Assembly (NCBI GenBank): GCA_910592345.1
Contig: CAJVPI010000216.1
Span: forward strand, 1-41,959
Direction: 5' to 3'
Source of the DNA: Paraglomus brasilianum
Taxonomy: Eukaryota
Length of the DNA: 41,959 bases
Part shown: piece by piece, positions 1 through 12,405 of the stretch
Numbering within the stretch: position 1 is the stretch's first letter
Layout: each line of letters starts with the position of its first letter
Position numbers and translations under genes: made by a program
Notes under the pieces: generated by a model
The model's input: only the letters and a program-made list of their open reading frames with translations
Databases searched by the model: none
What the model was told of the DNA's origin: nothing

Positions 1-8
1 TTACAAAC

Positions 9-230
9 CTCGTTTACAAAGCTTTTGAAGAACTCGTCTTCGTCCGAATACATGATCAACTTGTAAGCAACAGTGATACCCGATGTTGCTACTGCTGCTT
101 TGAAAACTACGCCAAATGCGCCATGGCCTATGCAGTGGCTATCGATTAAACTATCATAAGGATAGAATCGAATGTATTCACTTTCAAGACTTTTTCCTAA
201 CCATTCCTTGTCAGCGGCAATTGATGTCAT
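9..230 (-). CDS. First exon of a tyrosine-kinase-like protein kinase gene running off the left edge; paralog of the gene at 30435-32102
   Basis: ATG at 228-230 translates to MTSIAADKEWLGKSLESEYIRFYPYDSLIDSHCIGHGAFGVVFKAAVATSGITVAYKLIMYSDEDEFFKSFVNE. It has the Gly loop GHGAFG and the VAYK lysine, followed by a GTTTGT donor at 8. Same length (222 bp) and close similarity to exon 31881-32102. Intactness of the rest cannot be judged. Confidence 0.8.
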
Positions 231-829
231 CGTTGCTATTTATTACTGTTGATTTGACAATCTTTCATATTGACCGTGTCACACAAGTTAGTAACACACG
301 CACAGCCCAGTATAATGCAGGGTCATAAATTACAAGCCAACAGTGTCCTGATGTCAACAAAGAGTGATGCCTCCTCATAAATTTATATATAACTACAAAA
401 CATCAAACCATCGATCTGAGTTTTCGAATATTAGTTTATTTATTAACTCATTTTCATTTTGGTGACTTGCACACAAGCCATCTGATTATTTTTTTTTTTT
501 CAGACGAGAAAGTCGACAGACGTTGAATAGTACAGAAAAAAGATTTGCTAATTCCCGTATAGCGTTGATATAGCGTTAATACGTAATTGTTTATATTAAC
601 ATACTGTAGATGATATCCAACTTTTCCTGACAAAACAGTTACTATTAGGCTTGATTGTAATAGCATCAATTTGTATTTGAAAAATGTCAATAGCGTTTTA
701 AATATCTATTGATAAACTTGGATTTAGGTTCTTGTGCATATTGCAAGTGCAACATCGAATAACAGTTCAAATCAGATGGAAGACATATTATCGAATTTTT
801 GAATTATTATTTAGTTACACTAAAATATG

Positions 830-1271
830 TTACAGACATCAGAGAGGAATCTATCACAAACTTTTCGACGGTGAAAGAGACATTAATTGTAATCATGTAC
901 ATATCAACTGCAACATTATATGATGGTTCAGACCAGATGGAAGGTAAAGTATATTTAAATTATTATCAAATTTTTACTAGAAATACTTTGCAAGCATTAG
1001 AGAAGCTTGAGAGTATTCAAAATATATTCGGTATTTACAATAAATTCTGATATAAAAGTAAATGAATCAGAATAAATAACATAAAACATCAAATTGGAAG
1101 AAAGCGAAATGCTTCTCTGAAACGACTTACGTTATTATTATTGCTGCTTATATTTAATAAAAAGGGGGTGGGGGGTTATTTAAAAAATTATGAAATTAGA
1201 TAAGTCGGATCTCTCGATAAGTCAGACAAAATCTCCGCCCCGACGAATCCAACATATCGAGAGTGCCTATG
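830..1271 (+). mobile_element. Degenerate end fragment of a pogo/Tigger-family DNA transposon, same family as 16914-19057, opposite orientation; left boundary approximate
   Basis: 1191-1271 (TGAAATTAGATAAGTCGGAT...AAAATCTCCGCCCCGACGAATCCAACATATCGAGAGTGCCTATG) is a diverged reverse complement of 16914-16977. About 1010-1120 matches the reverse complement of about 17075-17190 (transposase C-terminal region). Confidence 0.7.
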
Positions 1272-2039
1272 CATGGTTGCCTCTGCCATATCTTTCGCAT
1301 CGGCGTTCCAATAGGTACAGAGCTTTTGTAATCTTTTTTCTTCAAATGCCGCCAAACAGCAGCATGTGAAATTAAAATTTCTTGCGTCTGTTGCACCTTT
1401 AATGCAAGTTGCCATGTTGAACAGCAGAGTTCTGATGCACGTCTTGTCCACGAGCGAAACTTTGTGTAACCTTCAAAGGACGCTCATTCCCCTTTCTGTG
1501 CTCAATGTTTTTGTATTTTGAAGTTTCTTAAGATTATAGACGACAGTACGAAGAGGAATGTAAGTTTTTAACCGACTAGCGTGGTCGTTTATACCCGGAA
1601 TTATAATTGGTATTTCGTTATTTACTACCTACAATACGCTAATGTATCTCTTTTGGGTATTGGACGCCGCCAAGCCAGTAATGAAGAATTGTTTGTTCTA
1701 GTCTAGAGTTGGCATGATGCAAAAGAACGGGAGTAAGCAGTGGTTTGTTCTGAAATTTATATCTTTAAAACGTGTTTACCGAAATGTTAACTAATTGAAA
1801 ATAAAGACGCGTTTATGATAAACAACGCATTTCTTTGTTTATTTGCAAAATAATTTCAATTATCCGATGGCAATTATTTTCTTTACACACTGTATGTGAT
1901 TGCTACACATAAAGTCAATAAAATTTATTTAGGAGTACCCATATATGAAAAATTATAATTATAACAGTTTTACTGAATATAAAAAAACAATGTATTTCTT
2001 GGAGATTAGTTGCAAATGTGGTTCTCAAAAATGATTCCG

Positions 2040-2760
2040 AGAGAAAAGTTTGCTGAATTACATGAAGCTCTCTCTAGAACTGAAGAAGATACTGTATATT
2101 TTAATGGCTCAGCTAAAAGCAATGAAATAACTGCCAGTTGATGTCTTAAAAGGAAAACGCGTACTAATAAAGAACTTTTTATCACTATACGTCTCTTTAT
2201 CAGAAAAGTATCACAATATGTTAGGAATTGGCTGCCCTTATTTGGAAACGTCAGAAATTATCTAGCAACGAATGGTATAGTACCACGCGTTTATGTTAAT
2301 ATAAAACAAATGACGCGATGGAAGACAAAGATAAAAACGTTGCTACAGCCGTGAAGAATTTTATGCTAAAATTCATGGATTCCCAAGTTCTGGTAAGAAA
2401 CGTCAACCGAACTACTCAATAGCTTACACTGTTGCCAGCCGAAACGAGTTACAAATCAGTCCATCGTGATTTATTGTAGGTTTCGAAAATGATAGCACGT
2501 TGAATTTGTTAAAATATGATGCATTCCACAAGGTATGGCACCAATTAACACCTTATATTCAATCATGAATCCAAGAACGCATTTATATCAACGATTTCGG
2601 GACGGCTTACAGTATAATGCTTGTAAGGAAGAAGAAGCAAAAAATTTACTGAAAATATACAAAGAACATTTGGTTAGGCTAAATTAGAAAAAATTATTAT
2701 ACTAAAAATACGAAATTAGCAGAACGGAGAAATAATTATCCCATGCTTGTAACAAAATTT
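2040..2760 (+). pseudogene. Frameshifted remnant of a repetitive transposase-like ORF; boundaries approximate
   Basis: Broken peptides RNYLATNGIVPRVYVNIKQMTRWKTKI, KIHGFPSSGK, LLPAETSYKSVHRD and KYDAFHKVWHQLTPYIQ. These resemble, from memory only, a repetitive transposase-like family in Glomeromycotina assemblies. No continuous ORF. Confidence 0.45.
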
Positions 2761-4236
2761 CTCTGCCTTTATCTCACTCTCCCAGTAAGTAAAAATAAAT
2801 CTACAATTTTAATGACTCATTAAATCGTTGGTTTTAATGTTGAGTTTTTAAAATTAAATTTCTCAAGTACTAGTAAGGTAACTGTAATAAAAAAAAATTT
2901 TTTTTAAGCAAAATTTCGAACTACACTTTATTTTGATTTGTTCAAACTTTTTTTACTATATTTCCTTTTGAGTAAAAATTAGACAATCAAAACTTTCCGA
3001 CTACCCACGTAATAAAGCAAGAATTATAAATATTGAAAGACATAACAAAGAAAATTATCCAAAGAAATAGGTTAATTGTTATGACTTTGAATCCAAAAAT
3101 TTTTTATGTGGTTATATTCACTTTGTCTGGGTTTGTTGTAGTATGGCCCTATTAAAACACCAAACACGTAAATATTGCCAATGCCGAAAATTCTACTCAC
3201 GGCAAATATAAAGGAGTTTTTAATTATGAGGTTTATCTGACAGTTACAGGATTATGCGAAACCCCAGTAGTAAAATTTAACGATTTACGGTTGCAAATAA
3301 CAATTATTATTATTATTATTCCAAACAGTTACCGATTGACCATTCTCTTTCTGCTAATAACATTCTTCTTTTACTTTTCAGTATTCAGCAATCGATCCTG
3401 GCTACTGTTTACAATAGATCCGATCGATACTAACTGAGAATATTCAGATGTGTGAGATGATGAATTATTCAACTCGTATTTATTAATAATAGAAGTAAAT
3501 ATACGTATGTATAATAAACACCCTAATAACATGAAATCTGACAAAGTTAAAGATTGTCATTACGTAGACCTGCTCGTAAACCAGGTGATGTAATACACGA
3601 TCCCAGCACGTAATACTGGCCTTATCACGGTATCTGTTCAAAAAGACTGAATTACAGCAGATCGAGCCATTATTAATTTATCTTTATAAACCCCTTATTT
3701 TCCCGCTTTTTTCGTTGATTATGGATCGACAAGAATGTGAGGCAAGTCTCGCTCGGGACCAGACCAGACTCCATTTGATGATGATTGTCACCACAGTAAC
3801 TGTTTACGTTCGCCGTACATTTCTGGTACTAATTTATTTGCAGGTCGATGGAGAATATTAATGGCATGAAGAGTATAAACGGAAGCTTTCAAACGAGGTG
3901 ATCCAACATACTTTAGAAAACACCCTTTTAAACTTTGTGTAAGGTTCATAAATTTTACAAATTTTGATTCGCCAATTAAACCGTCATGTGTATTGATAGA
4001 ATTACACAAAATGAGCTTTTTTGGGTTTATTAAAATGTGTCAACCTCTAATATAAAGTCTAATACAATATTATCTAATCTGTACTTTAAATGTAGCATGA
4101 TTTTGACGTCCCATGCAATGTTTTACTTTATATAAGACGCTCCGATGCCAATTATACTCAACTATACCCAAACCGATTAATTACAGGTTAAAGTTTGATG
4201 TGACATGTTATTATTTGTATTTTATTCTCATTACAA

Positions 4237-6516
4237 TTATGCAATATTAGCATCCAATGTAGCTTGATAATCTCTTGATCCAACGGTTTCGTGTATCTGC
4301 GTCTGCGATTGTGGTCGTGTATTTAACGGTGATACAGCGGCTGTTGAAAATAGATTTGGAAATGAAGGCGTAGGTGTAGGTGCCGATGTGGATGGAAGAG
4401 TTATATCAACAAAAGAGCGACGATGAATGGTGCTAAATAAAGAGAACATTGACAAAGGTTTATTTAGTCAAAGCGTGCAATAAATAATAGCATTATTATC
4501 CAACCGTAATTTTGCCTCATGTCACTTGCACTCCGATATACTGACCTGTTTATTGATGGCCTACAAAGGACCGAGAAACAGTTCTTGAAGAGATTGTGGC
4601 GATCAAATGGATGACGGGCTCCATTACGACGAGCAATTGGAGCGCGTAACTAAAAAATAATAACAGTATATATTAATGAGTGGTATGAATAAGCATAGAG
4701 CTTTTTTATAGCATGCCAAGTTACCTGTTCATGAGTAGTAAGATTTTTGCTTATTAAATACATATGGTATGCAGTTAATCCACCCACTGACCACATGAGA
4801 AAGAACGCTAATATAGATAAAACGAAAGTATATATCAACAGTCAAGGATAACATTTATCAATACTCGATTCATCCTAAACAACAAATCACTATGCTTTAC
4901 AGCCTTTTACAAAAAAGGATATCTTATGGGTGCATCCATCACAGCATCTAAAAAGTCCTCATTCCGATCATGCATCAACAGAAACAAATGGACCAGACTG
5001 AAACCAAGCACGTAAAAGCATATTACAGTTGCCGTTAATATGAACGTGAAAAATGTTGCGTAATTCCGCCTTCCAATGCAGTTGTTAAGCCAGATACAAT
5101 GATGGTCCTCATTCTCTACAAAATTACAAAGTCAGTACTATATACAACTCATACTGATAGCCCTTTACATTCTTGATACGTACCAACACAGTTCTGGCAC
5201 TGCCGGCAATGGCTACATCGCGGTGGTCTGTAAATTTTGCACGTAGTACAGTATTTCAATATCATTGTTTGCCCATTAACCTTAACGTCTTTTGGCAGTA
5301 CATAGGTACGCGATTGATAATACGGAAATGGAGTGTCATGCTGTGCAATGCTATCAAGAACTTCAGATTCCTCGGTCGGTGGGGTTGGATCAAGGTTTCT
5401 GGGAATAACCTAAGTAGATAGAAGCGCAAGTTAGCACAAATAAACAAGGCAGACATGAGCCGATCAAAGGGTTCAACCCAGCTAGCTCGCTCTCGCTCGA
5501 GTAAACTATTTGTCTTCCTCTCCACTTGCTATAACACTTACACCAGGATCAGTCCACGACGTCTTCAACATGCTTGTTAATGCCAAAAGAAATAAATATG
5601 CAAAGACAAATACAACTGCAGGTGATAAATGACTGTACAAAAATGGACACCTAAAATGAGGGAAAAGAAACCGATCTTTAGTCACGATTCAAAATACACA
5701 TAAACACCCATTCCCAACCCTGTTGGATCGCACATATAGATCGCACATATAGATCGCATTAACATTCCTTTTCCACACGTCCACTTACGTGAAAGCCAGG
5801 AATAGTGATGATGGTATAATCAGAGCAGAAAGTGCAACCACAAATGCAGGAAAATCTCTACTAGTCATAATCCTCCCTCCCAAGAAAAACCTATTCTTCC
5901 CAGGCCATAATTGGTATACTCTTCTCCGTCCTTTACTATCTCCTTCAGTTCCACCCGTATGCGACGTTAATTGAGCATTAGGTTTTGCATTCACAGATGA
6001 ATATGGTACAGCAAGAAATGAATTATGTTTGGATGACAGTCGCTTGTTATTAATACCACCCATAGGGTCGGATAATCTACCACGGACAGAGGAAGTGGGT
6101 TCCGACATTGATGAAGGAGAAGTCGGATCCAGCACTCCAGCAGCCGATAATATACCCGACTGTCTTGACCGACGAGCATGATATGGACCCTGTCGAACAA
6201 CTGGAGTCGGGTTGCCGTCTGTCGTATGAATAGTTGTCTCCTGAGTAGGTGACGACAAAGAGTCGAGTGGAATGGAGTTTCGTTGTGAATTAGTCGAACT
6301 ACCCTCTTCCAAGATCAGTGATGTTATAGGTGTTCGTGTTGACGGCTCCAGCGATAAGAAACTGTTTGACGTCGGCGAGCCAGGAAACGTGGCTGAGAGT
6401 GTAGATTTTCGTCTCGCAGAGGATGGGTATGAAGGTATTGGTTTTCGAGGAGCAAAGAATTGTTTTGAAGGGAGTATGCCAGACGCATGGCGTGAAGCTC
6501 TATTTGGATTACTCAT
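4237..6516 (-). CDS. ERF2: DHHC-type palmitoyltransferase (ERF2/ZDHHC9-14-18-like), multi-exon
   Basis: Exon 5789-6516 ends [23 protein letters not shown] plus a TM segment. Exon 5542-5650 ends in DPG. Later exons give [37 protein letters not shown] (DHHC-CRD), [20 protein letters not shown] (TTxE motif), [19 protein letters not shown], and a last exon 4237-4432. Introns are GT-AG plus one AT-AC. Confidence 0.92.
4828..4922 (-). other. U12-type (minor spliceosome) AT-AC intron in the ERF2-like gene
   Basis: Minus-strand donor AG|ATATCCTTTT at 4922, branch site TCCTTGAC at 4841-4848, acceptor TAC| at 4828. Splicing gives the in-frame [13 protein letters not shown]. Confidence 0.9.
5726..5758. 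repeat. 13-bp tandem repeat (GATCGCACATATA x2.5) in the first ERF2 intron
   Basis: Read directly: gatcgcacatata gatcgcacatata gatcgca. Confidence 0.85.
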
Positions 6517-6529
6517 TATTAATTAAGGT

Positions 6530-6579
6530 GGAGAGAGAGAGAGGAAGAGAGGAAGAGAGGAAGAGAGGAAGAGAGAGGG
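6530..6579. repeat. Purine-only (GA-rich) low-complexity tract just upstream of the ERF2 start (CT-rich on the coding strand)
   Basis: gagagagagagaggaagagaggaagagaggaagagaggaagagagagggg. Confidence 0.75.
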
Positions 6580-7868
6580 GTGGGGAGTCGGGTAAAGGAG
6601 AGACTATGGGAACGTGAATGTATATGTAGCAATAGTGCTATCTTCTTTTCTCAAGTCCTCCTGGGACATAGACCTTACTTTTTCAGTTGTAAATGTTCTT
6701 TTGACTATTATAAAGACTCCCTTATAAAGGAACGATAAAATGAGAAAATAAATAAATAAAACTAATAAATTATGTGAAATTAATAAACTCTACAAATACA
6801 GAACACGCTTTAAGCGTAACTTTATCCTGAGAGCAAAGAAAGCTGCCGTGGATACAGGTCAAAATAATGGGCGACTTCGCTAATAGGTCGTGTTGTTACT
6901 TCTAGTAAAGTAGTGTTGCATTTTATCTAAACAGTAAATTGTAATTAGCATGAAATAATAACCAATCAGGCGTATTCACTGTTACTATTACTGGTCGTTT
7001 CGAATGATGCTTTGTATTGTAATAAATGACACGCACGGTGGCACAATGAAACTTTAGAGGAGATGAGTGCTTAAATTACAACTCTATTACTATTAAGGCG
7101 GTTTACTTAACTTTGAGCTAAATTTCCAAACCTTATATTAAGAAATGAATTATCACTTCCATCGAACGACCGATTGGAAATGATCACTTGTTTGCTGACA
7201 CTAGCTGATGGTTTATGGTTTAAGCAAGCAACTTTTTTTTTTCCTGCATGAAAAAAGCAGGGTCTTGTTTATGTTCAAACAATTTTCCTCGCTCCTGTTT
7301 GAATGTCATTCTAATCGTGGCAGAAATGGTGTTGATCTCCACCGCAGCTTAGTGCAATCTTGCCCATTTTCCACTTGCGGATGGGCGATGACATCTCGTG
7401 TGCGAAAAGAATAATGGAAAGGTCTTATCGTTATGGGAATGTGGGGTTAACCGGGTTTAGTCATACGAGGCGCTTGCTCCAGAAATTCTCTCGTGTTTCA
7501 AAATAAGCTGATCTGCCACCAGCATAATGTTGATGGTCACAAGACTATTATTATTATCAGAACAAGTATAAGCGCTTAAGGACAGTCTTTCTGTATCAGC
7601 TTTAGTTGTTTAGATTAGTCAGCGGTGAGGACTTTTATATTTGTTCTCTATTACATTTATAAGCATGAGTTTAACGTGACTATTGCCATCAATAAAAAGT
7701 ATCAAAATTGCACTGGAGAAATATCGGCTAAAATTAACTTCGATCTAGCAAAAATGCTTGTCATTTAATACCGAATTTAAAAAGGGTTGTTTTATTTGAT
7801 TACGGAGTTGCGCATTTTATAACAACTGATTAGTTTTCCTGCTGGCGGGAGTAAAAAATTGTATTCTG

Positions 7869-7939
7869 CAAGATAATGCCTACAAGATAATGCCTACGAG
7901 ATAATGCCTACAAGATAATGCCTACAAGATAATGCCTAC
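7869..7939. repeat. 14-bp minisatellite, 5 copies (CAAGATAATGCCTA)
   Basis: Five adjacent units with one substitution (CGAG in unit 3) and no spacers. Confidence 0.95.
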
Positions 7940-9871
7940 TTCTTGTATTTCCGAGGAGAATGTGGCCAGTTGTTTAAAGTGCTTGTCTTAGAAAAGCACT
8001 AATTATCTCAAGGCCGCTTGATAATTATCAGATTAGCACAGACACCTTTTCTAGTGTAAAATTACAATCTTTCCTTTCAAGGATTAAAACGCTATATTCC
8101 AAATTAATTTCTTGCTGATAATTACACAATTATTCAGATCGCATGACGTATTATATGCACATACAGTATATTTGTTCCTTAATTGGAAACAGATGTGACG
8201 CATAAGATATTATTTCCCAAGTACTTATAATGGCTGCTGTCAACATTAATATCACAAGCAAAAGTGGCTTATAATTATTATCATGTAGCAAAGTAAACCT
8301 CTTTTTACCCGCCTCTTAATTCATTATTCAAAAGATTATATTAAAAGAGCATATCACAAGCATGTAATTATTTCTTTGTTCCTGATAACATTAAAAGTTG
8401 CCGAAAGCTATTGTCGAAAGCAATGTAAATTTCTCATTTACGGATACAAAAAACGAAGTAAATATAATTGGCAATTTCCTATTGTGGACGAAACTACCTA
8501 AATAGACAATTATAATCACTTTAACAATCAAATTGGGCAACTTTGAAGTAAAGATACATCAATTTATCGCATTAATATTAACACGAATCAAGACACTGTT
8601 TGGTGCGGAGAAGAAACCAGCGGTTTGGTATATAATCCACGCGTAAGGCACAGGCCAAGAAATCAAGAAATCATATTAGAAGGACGATATGCCTTTATAG
8701 CGAATATGATTCGGTTCTATTTTTTCACAGCATATAATCATACTGCCTGTTGCACCAGATAACAACCAAGGCCATGTAGGAAATGCGTCTATTACATAAA
8801 TACGAATAGATGTTTGCAACACATGAGCAATACAGTGACATTACGAGATTTATTCACTAAAGGTACCAATATGTCACATAAACACTACTATTGTATAATA
8901 CTTCACAACGTTAATTTGAAGAACACACCTTGCAATGCAGAATTACTTAATACTACTCGAGCTGATTTGCCGAGCAATGCAAATGTATTCTTGTGGCATA
9001 TATTGTCCAATTCTGTCATTCTAAATCTCGATATAAATAATCATCGTTACATCGTTACAGTATACACTAAGCACATTAATCCTGTATGCAAGCATGTGCA
9101 TATCTACTAATCATCTTTGAACATTTGCCAAGCTGTCATGATCTCTGTCGGTTATATGCAGAAAAGCTAGCATGTAATAATTTGGTATTCACCATCTCGT
9201 TAAAGGTATGATGATAATTATGAATAGTGAGGCATTTTGCTAGGGGCAAATTTCAATCGGTTTCAAATCGGTAAAGAAATTTGTAATTAATAAATCCAAA
9301 ACAAAATTAGCGTCATTAATCTAGTCTATATTCCGATTCATTGAAACCAGTCATTGCTAACTGTGGATAGTCTCTCTTCTGAACTGAATTGGGTTGACGA
9401 ATATTCGGGCAACCTTTTGATAAGTAGAGAAACGACCCCCCTAAGCAGATAAGTTATCGGCGGTATGGTTTTTGTTGCTGTTTCTGTTGATGTAACCTGA
9501 ACCAGTCGTACTATGGTCCAGACTGTATAAAATCTTTAGCATCATTTGATGTACCTGTGAACATTACTCAAAAACGCCATTTACGGGCTAAAATATTGTC
9601 TTTCCCACACAAAAAGACCCCATCCGTAATATTGTGAAACAAACAATGAGTGTGAGATTGAGCGCCACTTGAGGTCAAACGAGTATCATTCGGGCTAGTT
9701 TTACAAAACTAAATCATCTGACCAAGTCTTATGACCATATTGAGACATGAACTGCATAGACATACCAGACATACCACGTGATATCCGCACACGTCCTGGA
9801 AGTAAAAAGTCTCTCGGTAGATTACATTATTTATTACAACGATTAGCAACACGAACTATAATCAGATCACC

Positions 9872-12405
9872 CTACTTTATGCTATTTGACGCTCTGTTCA
9901 TGGCTGCAAGAATCTTATCCGTATCGAACCGGAAATTTAACCACGGACTCTGACTCTCACCTACTTTCATTCCTACACCAGTCACAGCAAATGTATCATT
10001 TCCCCTTACATGGATCAGTCCGTAAGCCCCTTGAAGAGGATATACGTCTGCTTGAGAAATAGACGAACTACTATCGCTATTACTACTAACACTACTGCTA
10101 TTGTCGCTTGTTGTACCAGGATTATATCCATCAAGCGAAAAGTCAGTTGATCCTGTGTTAATCGAAGAAGTATCTGACTGAACTAGGTGTCCATTAACCG
10201 AACGATTGCTGAGAAAGGATAATTTGGCATCTGTTGTTAGACCGGTAGATGTAAGCAGGTCCTGGTAGAGACTAGAAAGGGAACCTATAAAATAAAAAAG
10301 AATGTCAAGTCAATTGTATTTGAAAACAAAGGTTCTTCAAAAGTGGTGGAATGAGGTGAATTTGGCGATGAACGGATAAATAATATTTTCGCAGCAATTG
10401 AATATGTCTCGCAAAGGTTTCCAGCCAAGTAAACTCTTCCCACCATCAAGTCCAGAGTGGCAAAAAGATCGAGATGACGCATACTAACCTCCATCGGTCA
10501 ATGAATGAGATGTCCCACTATCTTGTCGTGATCTTTGAGATGAAGACGAGCTGATGCCTCCTTCGAGCAAATTTAGCAATGACGTGCTTCTATCCGATGA
10601 ACTGTAGCTGACTGCCGGATTCTCAGACTGCCACTGAGTAGTGTTTGGGGGCGGCGGTGAGTGATGCCTAGCATCTTGTTGAAATAGACTAAGAAGAGAG
10701 CTACGTCTTTGCTGTTCCGAGTACGTGGATGTCGAGTTGGAGGAAGCGAGTGCTGCTATTGCGGCGTTTGCTGTTGCCGCAACAGGTCTCGGGGCTGTTA
10801 TGTGTCGTCCGTTGACGGATGAAGAGGTGGCAACTGTACCTCTGTAGGTATATCTGGGTACGTCAGTATCGGATACCTCTGACGTCTCTGCTTGTTCTTC
10901 GGATAATCCTGAATCCTCGACAACTTTCCTCATTCTTGCAAGCCAGGATCTGATTTTACTGTATCAATGAGTAGAACATATAAGCGTGAGTGGAAGCTGA
11001 AGTAGAAACGACAAAGATCAAACTTGACAAGTTGACATGTCTACACTCTCTGCATTCGTCAATAAATACCTTACAAATGGTACAACCATATAATATTGAC
11101 GAGTTCCTTGCTTATTTTGACTTGGCTTATTTCGTCCCCAGGTCGGTAGATCTGACAGATAATGCCACTCTACCCTCTACAAACGAAATTTTAATTGTTA
11201 CTACAAATATTGTTGATATCCAACTTAAAATACAATTTCCATACGCACACTAATCTCCTTTCTTGTAATTGGAGCAAAACTCGCATCTTCCGGTACTCCA
11301 ACGACAATATATAGCCGCACTCTTTGCTCCCTAATTGTTAATTCTATATAGTCCTCTTCTTTTATTAGGTCTGCGATATCGTAACCTGTCTCTTCAAACA
11401 CCTAAAAATTAAAGAGTCGAATATGTGAGTGTCCAACTGTTGAAATAAAAAGAACACTGATTGTACAGCAAGCCTATTCAACGCACCTCGCGAACGGCAC
11501 ATGCAGCATCTAGTTCATCTTTGTTTATTTTTCCCTTAGGGAAGCCCCATCCCGACTTTGATGTCCATCCCTTGACAAGGAGAACCTAGTAAAGTAGATA
11601 CGAAATGGAATATTCAGCATATTCGAGCCGACTTCTTTGCTTTCGATTATGAATAGATCGTTTAGTATCCGATTGCGTATTCGACTAACCTTATCTGTAT
11701 TTGCATTCAGGATAACGGCCCCGCAGACGGGCACTCTTGTTTTATATTCCAAGAAAGCTGCGAATGCCTTTTCTGTCTCATTCGACCATTGTCTAAGCAA
11801 TGGGCAATGTCTAAAGAGTATGTTAAGAGTCAAGAGATGACAAAGTAATCATTTATGAGGTACATCCCTAAATTCTATGAACTAATATCTTTCGCATATG
11901 ATACAGCCATAACCCTCTCTCCTCTCTCTATACCGCATTCTGCACGTATTCTTTCGCCCGCCCCCCCCCCCTCCCCAAAGGATCTATCACATACTCGATG
12001 CCCACTAAAAAAGGATATTTTTTATACAAAAGTTCTTGAGAGTAAAACTTGGTAATTGTGGTTGCTGTTCTCTAACAAAATCTTCATAAAACCAATGTGC
12101 TTGTTCAATTTGGAAACAAATTCGCGGTAGAGAAGAAAATTCCTCATCGGGTACGTTGATAATAAAGCGTCTGTGGGGGGTCATATAGAGCGAGGAGACG
12201 GAAAGCGGGCACACATTATGAAAGGATTTTGTAAGGAAAGCAAGTATTAACGAACATATACGTTAGTGTAAGAATCCCAACAAGAGGGTTAAACATGAAT
12301 GCAAAGTATGTCGACATACGTTGCTAGTTCGTCCAATACTTCAGAGAACGATGCATTTGCTAGTGGACTGGGATTTGTCGACTGTATAATACTGTTGTCT
12401 GACAT
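9872..12405 (-). CDS. DCP2: mRNA decapping enzyme catalytic subunit Dcp2 (Box A + Nudix + disordered tail), multi-exon
   Basis: ATG at 12403-12405 gives MSDNS...[41 protein letters not shown] (Box A). Then FRHCPLL...[10 protein letters not shown], the Nudix box [41 protein letters not shown] and YYMVVPF. A Ser-rich tail follows; the last exon 9872-10284 ends [23 protein letters not shown]. Confidence 0.93.
11818..12018 (-). other. U12-type AT-AC intron in DCP2
   Basis: Donor A|ATATCCTTTT at 12018, candidate branch site CTCTTGAC at 11829-11836, acceptor TAC| at 11818. Splicing gives LKNFCIK-I-FRHCP in frame. Confidence 0.88.

Noticed and set aside
3788..4009. 73-aa minus-strand ORF
   Set aside because: No recognisable motif or exon structure; may be decayed repeat.
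5173..6617. Plus-strand ORFs overlapping ERF2, and similar shadow ORFs over DCP2, BTB-TLDc and the membrane gene
   Set aside because: Antisense shadows of real exons with no independent evidence.
7869..7939. CRISPR-like array
   Set aside because: Units are adjacent 14-mers with no spacers, in a eukaryotic context.
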